In this document: positions 1 through 7,400 of the stretch, one piece after another | How positions within the stretch are numbered: the stretch's first letter is position 1 | Layout: each line of letters opens with the position of its first letter | Assembly (NCBI GenBank): GCA_040400605.1 | Contig: JBBAPZ010000001.1 | Location: forward strand, 260,937-272,863 | Source: Candidatus Sericytochromatia bacterium | GTDB lineage: Bacteria; Cyanobacteriota; Sericytochromatia; S15B-MN24; JAQBPE01 | Direction: 5' to 3' | Length of the DNA stretch: 11,927 bases | Notes under the pieces: generated by a model | What the model was told of the DNA's origin: nothing | Database searches by the model: none | The model's input: only the letters and a program-made list of their open reading frames with translations | Program-made: the position numbers and the translations under genes

Positions 1-152
1 TCCGCCTTTTTGCGCGCTTCCTCTTCGGCCTTCAGCCTCGCTTCTTCCTCAGCCTTTTTGCGCGCTTCCTCTTCAGCCTTCAGCTTGGCCTCAGCCTCCG
101 CTTTTTTACGCGCTTCCTCTTCAGCCTTTAGCCGGGCCTCTTCTTCCGCTTT
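1..152 (-). repeat. Intragenic degenerate tandem repeat, 24-nt unit with 48-nt higher-order period, encoding KAEEEAR[L/K]
   Basis: Six full 8-aa units plus a partial unit; the last residue alternates L/K. On the + strand gcgcttcctcttc recurs every 48 nt. Confidence 0.95.
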
Positions 153-488
153 TGCCAAAACCGGGTCAGGCGTCGCAATCGCACTCGGCGTCACCTGCGG
201 GGATTGCATCGCACTAGGAGTCGAATTAGATGTGGGGCTAGCCGACTGCGCCACGCCGTCAAGGAGCGATTGCGCGTCTTCGGTCTCAATCACCTCATTA
301 GCGCCCTCCGCTACCAGCCTATCCGGCGGCAACGGAACACCCTGCGCGGATGGCAACGGCGCAGCGGACGCAGGCACATTCGACTTCAAGATGATCGGCT
401 TCGTCGAGGTAGGCGTCTGGCGCCCACACCCCACCACCAGAAGCGCGGTCAGCACCGTCAGCTGCAACGAACGAGAATGGCTACGCAT
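1..488 (-). CDS. Predicted lipoprotein with Pro/Ser/Thr-rich linker and TolA-like KAEEEAR repeat helix (3' end runs off the window)
   Basis: Translated by hand (absent from the track because it has no stop in the window). ATG at 488 is preceded by GAGGG. Protein: MRSHSRSLQLTVLTALLVVG-CGRQTPTSTKP...ATPDPVLAKAEEEARLKAEEEARKKAEAEAKLKAEEEARKKAEEEARLKAEEEARKKA. Basic N-terminus, hydrophobic core and lipobox VVG-C; frame open for 162 codons. Confidence 0.9.
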   Translation of the reverse strand, partial: MRSHSRSLQLTVLTALLVVGCGRQTPTSTKPIILKSNVPASAAPLPSAQGVPLPPDRLVAEGANEVIETEDAQSLLDGVAQSASPTSNSTPSAMQSPQVTPSAIATPDPVLAKAEEEARLKAEEEARKKAEAEAKLKAEEEARKKAEEEARLKAEEEARKKA

Positions 489-489
489 G

Positions 490-556
490 CCGATTACCCT
501 CAATCAAGTCGGCGGTCCAAACCACCGCTGGTGTCTTCACTTGAGGGATTTATCGG
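490..556 (-). promoter_or_regulatory. Putative 5'-UTR hairpin sequestering the Shine-Dalgarno site of the repeat lipoprotein gene
   Basis: Nested inverted repeats in + coordinates: CCGAT 490-494/ATCGG 552-556, CCCTCAA 497-503/TTGAGGG 541-547, AAG 506-508/CTT 535-537, GCGGT 512-516/ACCGC 524-528. Confidence 0.45.
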
Positions 557-585
557 GTCCGCTGCGGGCAAAGTGACGTTAACAA

Positions 586-647
586 CGTAAAAACCGGGCT
601 AAGCTTGAGACAGTAGAAGTTTAAGATTTTGCTGTCTCAAAGCCGGT
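586..647 (-). terminator. Putative intrinsic terminator of the lepB-tamB-bamA operon
   Basis: Perfect 9-bp inverted repeat TTGAGACAG 605-613/CTGTCTCAA 632-640 inside an outer ACCGG..CT/AG..CCGGT stem. On the minus strand it is followed by a T5 run (aaaaa 589-593) and lies about 15 nt after the stop at 663. The 18-nt loop is atypically large. Confidence 0.5.
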
Positions 648-662
648 GTGTCAGACGATCGC

Positions 663-926
663 TCAGTTGAAGCCTTGTTTCACCGGGGTATGGATGCCTT
701 GCCAGTTGGAGGCGAAGTCAAGGAAGCCGTGTTCACCGCGGCTGGTCATCAGGCATTGAAACTGTCCATCGATCCGGATGCGTTCATCGGGACTGAACGC
801 GCCTTCAGGAAGGATCACGGCCACGCGATCGCGCCAAAAATGAACGGGGATATCGTCTCTGGACAGTCCGCGCCACCGGTAACTGATCAGCTGTCCCAGT
901 AGATCCAACACATCGGTTCGAGTCAT
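663..926 (-). CDS. Hypothetical protein, 87 aa, no signal peptide
   Basis: Its ATG overlaps the upstream stop (ATGA, 923-926), with AGGAGG 8 nt upstream. No family motif recognised. Confidence 0.8.
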   Translation of the reverse strand: MTRTDVLDLLGQLISYRWRGLSRDDIPVHFWRDRVAVILPEGAFSPDERIRIDGQFQCLMTSRGEHGFLDFASNWQGIHTPVKQGFN

Positions 927-1651
927 CGTTCAATCCTCCTCGCGGGCTCATTATACCACTTGGCCTGAACCAGCCATTCCGTGTTGATCCGGACATCCGA
1001 ACGGGCCCGCAATTCACGTACGTACTCAAGGGCGCGTTGCCGGGATCGCTCAACCAATGAGGCGATCGCCAAGGGCGACGCATCCAGACGCCCTGCTTCC
1101 GCCAAGCCACTGCTCGGGCTTGGCGCAACCATTGGGGTATCCACCTGTCTTTGCACACTCATGCGAAACGTCAAAAACCCGTCGGCCAAGGCATGCATCC
1201 GCGCGTAGCTTTCCCATTCACCCTCACTCAAACCCCCGCGCTCAACAGGCGGCCGGGCGTCAAAATTCGAACCGGTAAAGCCATAACGCCTGGCCTCATC
1301 CGCTAACAGCAGGTCAGCAAGCAATTGCTCCAAAGCCTCTCGCTGTGACAAAGCCTTGGCAAAACACGCGTGATAACCAACCAAAGCCGAATACGCGACT
1401 GTCTGCCAGCCAACCGTCAAAACCACACTGTCTTCGGCTTGCGGTCTGGAATCTGCCACCGCAACCGGGGTGACCACAAGCAATACCGTCGCCACCAAGA
1501 AGCAACACACGCGAGAAAAGGCGCGTTTAACAGGCTGCTGAAAAATTTGCTTCAGGCGCCTTGCCAAGACTGCAAACCCGCATTCCACCCTGAGCAATCG
1601 TGACGGGAGAGTGCCTTTCAGGCCCTTCTTCAGTATTTTGTTAAAAGGCAT
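923..1651 (-). CDS. SurA core (N/C-domain)-like periplasmic chaperone lacking a PPIase domain; start uncertain
   Basis: Signal-like segment KRAFSRVCCFLVATVLLVVTPVAVA-D. DSVVLTVGWQTV and REALEQLLADLLLADEARRYG resemble the SurA/PrsA N-domain; RALEYVRELRARSDVRIN resembles the SurA C-terminal helix and strand. ATG at 1651 overlaps the bamA end by 11 nt; GTG 1588 and TTG 1567 are alternative starts. Confidence 0.7.
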   Translation of the reverse strand: MPFNKILKKGLKGTLPSRLLRVECGFAVLARRLKQIFQQPVKRAFSRVCCFLVATVLLVVTPVAVADSRPQAEDSVVLTVGWQTVAYSALVGYHACFAKALSQREALEQLLADLLLADEARRYGFTGSNFDARPPVERGGLSEGEWESYARMHALADGFLTFRMSVQRQVDTPMVAPSPSSGLAEAGRLDASPLAIASLVERSRQRALEYVRELRARSDVRINTEWLVQAKWYNEPARRIER

Positions 1652-4493
1652 GACCCAACCCCACATACCATTCACCGGGCATCCAACCAGTCGCAGGTGC
1701 TGTTTGTCCCACCAAGGGATAGCCATAATCAAGCCGCAAAGGTCCAATCGGAGTGAAATAGCGCAAGCCGGCCCCGATGCCGAGTTTCCAGGGGGTCCCC
1801 TGCCAATCGCCGAACTGTCGCCAATCCGACACCACGTTGCCGAGATCCGCGAAGGTCACAAAGCCCACATCATCCCAAAGGGGCGCTCGCAACTCCATAT
1901 GCCCGATACTTAACAGCGTGCCACCTGTCACGCTGCCCACAGCCAAGGATTGGCCCACGCTGCCCACAGCGAAGCCACGCAAGCTGCTTGGGCCGCCAGC
2001 CAAAAAACGCAACTCCGGCGGCACACCACCGCCAGTACCCAATGGCCCGACGGCACCCAATTCTGCCCCGAAGGCCAAAACGACCTTGCGCGGCAATGGT
2101 GTGAAATACGCCCAATTCATTTTTGGTTTCACAAAACCCTGTAGCGCACCCAAAAACGGTGGTGCCAACTCAAGGGATGCTTCCGTGCGGGTGCCCCAGC
2201 GGGGATGCAACAAGTCCGATCGTGAATCATAGTTAAGACCGGCACTTAAGGTAGTGTTCACCCGAAACAGACGGCCAAGGGTTTGTTGTTTGTCACCTTC
2301 AGAGGCTTGCAGATAATCCGTGCGCGCCCAGCCCACGCGAATCGTGCCAAGGGTGTGTTGATCCAATTGACGCGACAGACCGACCGTCGGGCCAATTTCT
2401 TGCGTCAGCAAGCCGGTCGGGCGCGTCTCGCGGTTAAAGACCAAGCCCATGTCAAGCAACGCATTCGATTCGAACAAACGGGGTTCACGCAGAGAAAAAA
2501 TGGCATTGGTTCTGAGTGGTTGAATGGCCACTTCGGCCCTGAGAGGACGTCCGGAACCAAGCCAATTGGTTTGTGCGTATTCGGCGCTGAGTTGCAGTCC
2601 GTTCGCGCCATTCGGCAACTGGCCAACCCCACCGTTCAAACCGCCACCGATGGCAAGGTACCCGGTTTCGCGCTCATGAACCTCGAGGAGAATGTCAATC
2701 GGTGCAGGTTCATCGGTTTGCAAATCGTGAAGGTGTCTGACGGCCACTTTATCAAAATAGCCGGTCTCATAGATTCTTTGTTGCAGTTTGTAGAGGGCTT
2801 CGGCGTTGTAGGGATCGCCCGTCTTCAGCATGTTCAGGCGACGGATGACCGCCTCTGAGGTATTGACCAACCCACGAATGAAGAGGCGTCCGAGTTTGCG
2901 TCGTCGGCCCGCCTGGACATCGAAGCGCAGGGTTGCTTGCGTCATGGTTTCATCTGGTTCCAGGCGGGCATCAACCCGTGCGGACGGGAATCCGATGCGG
3001 GCGTAAAACGCCATCACGGCAGCCAAATCGTCTTGGAGGCGTTGGGGTGGATAAGGTTCGCCGGGGTTGGTTGTGACACATTGCAAAATGCCCACTTCCT
3101 GTTCGGTGGTCGCGCCGGGACACACGATTTTGCTCAGGCTCAGACGATTGCCTTCATTGACGGCGATTGCAACCGTGACGCCCCCGTTTGCGGGATCGAT
3201 CACCCGCGACTTGATGTCCACACTGGCTTGCGCATAACCGGCCTGACGATAAATATCCTCCAGTTGCTGCTTTTTACGGGCCAGGTCCTGCTCCGAAAAA
3301 GGGGTGGTGGCCCACGGCAGCCAACTGGCTTCGAGCCCCAGGCGTTTTTGAAGCGTCCGTTCGTCAAACTGGATCACACCTGTGAACGTCACGCCTGCCC
3401 AATGACGATACGGGCCTGCAACCACCCTGAAATCAAGTTGAAAACGTCCCTCTGGCAGGCGTTCGAACACAGGCGTTACACGAACATCGGGATAGCCCTT
3501 GCGTTGATACGCGGCCACGAGGGCAGCAGCGCTCAGTTTTTGCTCGGCGTCACTGACCGAATGCTGGGTCAGCACGGATACGACTTCCTTGAGTTCAGCA
3601 TCCGGCAACAGGTGATCGCCCGTCACCGTGATGTCGCCGCTGAGCCCTGGATCAACCGTGACAACGAGTGTAAAGGGCCCCAAGCCCGCATCCTGCAGTG
3701 CCTGAAAATTTCCGATGTGCGTGCCGTCATCGGTTTCAAAGTGAAACTTCACCCGGGCATTGAAACAGCCCCGGCGCGCAAGCGCTGCCTCAAGCCTTGT
3801 CACACCTTCACTCAGCGCTTCGCGCCGCAAGCGATCGCCCGAAGCCAGACCCAACACATCGCTCCACTCATCCGCTAACGAACGCGCACCGATTTGTCGC
3901 CAAAGCACCTGTTTCACCCGCAGTGCTTGTCCCTCGTTGATGGTCACATTGAGAACGACCTGCCCGGAAGGTGATTCCGCAAGGCCAAAATCAACCTGCG
4001 TCTGAATGAAGCCTTCGCGACGGTAGCGTTCGAGTACGCGCGTGCGGCACAGACTCAGGCGATCATCATTCCAATGGTCACCCCACGTCAATTCCAAGGC
4101 CCGTGCCAATTCATCACCAGACAGCGCACGATTGCCCAAAAAACGCCACCCAACCAAAATCTGGCGTGGTCGCCCCGAAAAAATCAATTGACTGCGCCCG
4201 GATTCCGACGGTTGCTCACGAACCGTCACAAACTCGAAGCGACCGGATTGGAACAAATCATCCAGACAACGTCTGAGGCGTTGCGGACTGAAGGTATCGC
4301 CCGGCTTGAGGTTGACTGCTTCATGCCAAGCCCAGTCCGAGCCTTTGCCCTCCCAGCTAATGGCTTCAACCACCCCGACGCCGGGTGGTTGTACCGCTTG
4401 GTTCGCCAACACCGATTGGGGTGCTCCAAAGAGGCCGAGTGCGAGGGTAAGCAACAGACTGAGGAGGGCTTGGGCCAGCGTGTTCACAGCCAC
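1641..4493 (-). CDS. bamA: Omp85-family outer membrane protein assembly factor (BamA/TamA-like) with about 7 POTRA domains
   Basis: Signal peptide; repeated POTRA signatures (LFQSGRF, YRREGF, LARRGCF, YQRKGY, YRQAGY, YARIGF, IYETGYF). Barrel motifs FLAGGPSSLRGF (VRGF/Y-type loop 6) and GLRYFTPIGPLRLDYGYPL, with C-terminal Phe (GLGHAF). GTG start 5 nt after the tamB stop; GTG at 4487 is an alternative. Confidence 0.93.
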   Translation of the reverse strand: MAVNTLAQALLSLLLTLALGLFGAPQSVLANQAVQPPGVGVVEAISWEGKGSDWAWHEAVNLKPGDTFSPQRLRRCLDDLFQSGRFEFVTVREQPSESGRSQLIFSGRPRQILVGWRFLGNRALSGDELARALELTWGDHWNDDRLSLCRTRVLERYRREGFIQTQVDFGLAESPSGQVVLNVTINEGQALRVKQVLWRQIGARSLADEWSDVLGLASGDRLRREALSEGVTRLEAALARRGCFNARVKFHFETDDGTHIGNFQALQDAGLGPFTLVVTVDPGLSGDITVTGDHLLPDAELKEVVSVLTQHSVSDAEQKLSAAALVAAYQRKGYPDVRVTPVFERLPEGRFQLDFRVVAGPYRHWAGVTFTGVIQFDERTLQKRLGLEASWLPWATTPFSEQDLARKKQQLEDIYRQAGYAQASVDIKSRVIDPANGGVTVAIAVNEGNRLSLSKIVCPGATTEQEVGILQCVTTNPGEPYPPQRLQDDLAAVMAFYARIGFPSARVDARLEPDETMTQATLRFDVQAGRRRKLGRLFIRGLVNTSEAVIRRLNMLKTGDPYNAEALYKLQQRIYETGYFDKVAVRHLHDLQTDEPAPIDILLEVHERETGYLAIGGGLNGGVGQLPNGANGLQLSAEYAQTNWLGSGRPLRAEVAIQPLRTNAIFSLREPRLFESNALLDMGLVFNRETRPTGLLTQEIGPTVGLSRQLDQHTLGTIRVGWARTDYLQASEGDKQQTLGRLFRVNTTLSAGLNYDSRSDLLHPRWGTRTEASLELAPPFLGALQGFVKPKMNWAYFTPLPRKVVLAFGAELGAVGPLGTGGGVPPELRFLAGGPSSLRGFAVGSVGQSLAVGSVTGGTLLSIGHMELRAPLWDDVGFVTFADLGNVVSDWRQFGDWQGTPWKLGIGAGLRYFTPIGPLRLDYGYPLVGQTAPATGWMPGEWYVGLGHAF

Positions 4494-4498
4494 GGTTC

Positions 4499-7400
4499 CT
4501 AGCGAAAACCAAAGCGATAGCGGGCTGAGCCATTGAAGCCGCCGGCCAGGCTTTGTTCGAGTTTGAGGACGAAGCGATCGCCAAGTGCGTAATCGAACAC
4601 GACGATGCTGCCGGTTGTTGTTCCGCCGGTCAGTGAGACCCCTTGCGTGTAGGTAACCGTCAACTGTTCGTTGATCCGCTTGCCGATGGTAAATTGCCCC
4701 CCACGCATGTCGCCATTCTGGCCCAAACCGGGCTGAATGCGCAAGACATCTACCATGCCAGTTGCCTTCACCCCACGTTCCATACTGCGACTGATTACCC
4801 CCATCGCCAAATTGGAAGCGGTTGCCAACCCCACATCCCGCGATTGTTCAAGCTGAGCCGACCCTTGCCCGGTTGCCATCATCAACAGGATATCAGCTTG
4901 CGGCAGGGGCGGGGTACTGCTCATGTCAAGACGCAGGGCATCGGGTGTCCCATCCAGTCGCATGGTAATCTGATGCGGTTGAATCCGCGTGGTGGCCACC
5001 ACGCGTATCAGGGGTTTGATGCGGTTGGCATCGATGAAGTCGACGGCTGCCTCCGACAACTGATAGAGGTGGTCCTGGAAGGTCAACTGGCCGTCTTTTG
5101 CCTCCAGGCGACCCAAAAGCGCTGGTTTGCGAATGGTGCCCAAAACCGTCAGATCACCGCGCAAGTTGGCTTTCAGCAACTCATTGTCGATCCGACAGGT
5201 ATCTGGAATCACGCACTGCAGCCGCAACGCAATGGCTTGCCACCACCTGGTGGCAGACGACGCGCGGGCGTCTCGCGCCGCACCGCCTTGGGGCAACCAG
5301 GTTTCCCAAGCCGCGGATCGCGTCACACGCGCCTCCAACACGCGCAACTGACCGCTCAGGGTTAAATCCTCGATCGGACCCGCTAAACTGAGATCGGCGT
5401 TGCCTGTGAGATCGACACCGTCATCCAGCCACGTCACATCACGCGCATTCAATTGCAGCGATACCCGCGTTGGCAGGTACCCAAGTCCCAGCTTGACACG
5501 CCCGAAGGTGCTCACTTGCCCAGACTCCCCAAATTGAAACCCCAGGCGTTCAACGAACAGTTCATCCTGTGACAGGCGCAGGCGCGCATTCAAATCATTC
5601 AGCGCCTGAGGCAACACCTGGGCACAAAGGCTACCCCGGCGCAAAGCCAGCGTGCCCGTGGCATCCGGTCTACCAACCACACCGGCGATCGCCACATCGA
5701 ATTCACAACTGCCGCGGGCATCCGTCCAGACAGACGGCATCAATTTTTCCAGCGTCTCAAAGTTAACCAATCCCCGCGCACGCCAATTCGACGCCTCGCG
5801 AACACTCAACAAACCCTCCGCAACCAGCTTGTGTCCCAAGCCCTCCAACTGAACCCGTCGACAGTCGACACCATCAGCCGTCGCGTTCAATAAAAGCGGC
5901 CCGACGCTTTGTAAAACACCCTCAGGATATTGCAGGCGCAAGGTTTGAAGTTCCAGCGCCAAGCGGAGTGCGCGCGGATTGTTCAAAGGGCCTTCCACAA
6001 CGCACGCACCACCAACTTCACCATTGACGGGCATCATGCCTTTGGCGGTAACGGCTTGCGGCAGCATGTCGATCAGGGGCAAAAGTTCCTGCCTCGCGAG
6101 GCGAATGCGCATGCGCGACGCCATCGGCGCAGCCAGCGCAGCCTGGCCATCCAGGCGTAACTGGTCACCGAACACCTGCCCTTTGAGCAGAATCTGACCG
6201 GGCGTGAGTGTCGCCTGCAGACTCGTTGCACCGAGTTGACGCTCACCCCAGGCAAACGCGCCACAGTGCAGTTTAACCTGACCTTCAAGTGCTTTCACAT
6301 GGCCCGCCAGCTTGATAGACGCCCCCAAGGGCGTGGTATCCGGCAGCATCGTACCGGTTCCAGCCAAAGCAGCCCGCAAATCCGACCACACGAGGTTGTC
6401 TGATTGCCCTTCAAACGTGACGCGATCCCGTTTGAGATCATACCGCCCCCCAAAGTCATAACGCCCAACCGGCAAACTGACCGTACCCGAGGCCTGCATC
6501 ATCCCATTGGCAGGGTCTGGTCGCGGTGCCTCGTAACGCATCGGCACCCGAATCAAGGGAATCGCAAGTTCGCCGATGCGATTGGCTTGACACTGGAGGG
6601 TTGCGCGCGCCTGCACACGCTCAGCGAACTCGCCGGTTGTATCAAACGCCAACGATCCGATGCGCAGGTCACGCGCCCCCAACGCCAAGCGCAAGGCCTC
6701 GCCCCTCACACGCACCTCGTAACGACACTGCGTGAGCGGTCCTTCGACACGCACCGTACCGCGAACAAGCCCATCCAAGAGTCTGGTTTTAGACCTGCCC
6801 CAGACAGGCCCGTTGGCTTCGCGGAGCGCCTGCAACGTCATCGACACCGATTGACGCGGGACGTAGCGCCCTTTGATGGTCCCACTCACGCCAGCCCAAG
6901 CCAGACGAAAGCCTTCTGTCTGATAACGCTTTGGCGTGCAATCAAGTGTCCCTATCAAACGTAAAGGACCGGGAATCGCGCCGTTCCACGCGGCAGGCGC
7001 CAACGCCAAGACCTGCGTGGGGCCTTGCAGATGATATGCCGCGCCCTTGCCACGCACCCGCCATTGCCCCGCCACCTGGCCTTGCCACCCCCGCGAACTC
7101 ACAGCGACCGCCTGGGTCAGTTTTGCCACACGCAAACCCGTTGCGCGGCAGTCGATTGTGTATGGCATGGCAGCGTCCAATTCATCAACAACGCCCTGCC
7201 CCTGAACCATCCCACCCAGGGTGTTGATTTGGTAAGCCTGAATAATCAGGCGATCGCCTGACAGCTTGAGTGCCGCTTGCACCGTGCCATCGAGGGGCCC
7301 TTCCACAAGTTCCATCGCGCGGTTCAATTCCTGCAACTGGCAACCCGCCACCGTAAATTGCCCTTGCAACGCCGGTTGATACAGCGCCCCGGTTACAGGG

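Noticed and set aside
1..152. Periodic repeat as a possible CRISPR array
   Set aside because: Units are contiguous, degenerate at third codon positions, in frame and have no unique spacers.
1..488. Naming the repeat protein tolA
   Set aside because: It has a lipobox rather than a TM anchor, tolQ/tolR are not upstream, and the C-terminal domain is not visible.
10..576. 188-aa + strand ORF with RASSSAF repeats
   Set aside because: Antisense shadow of the KAEEEAR-repeat lipoprotein, which has an RBS, a lipobox and a sensible composition.
1652..1747. Extended N-terminus of the 274-aa ORF
   Set aside because: It would overlap the conserved bamA C-terminus by more than 100 nt; a later start is more plausible.
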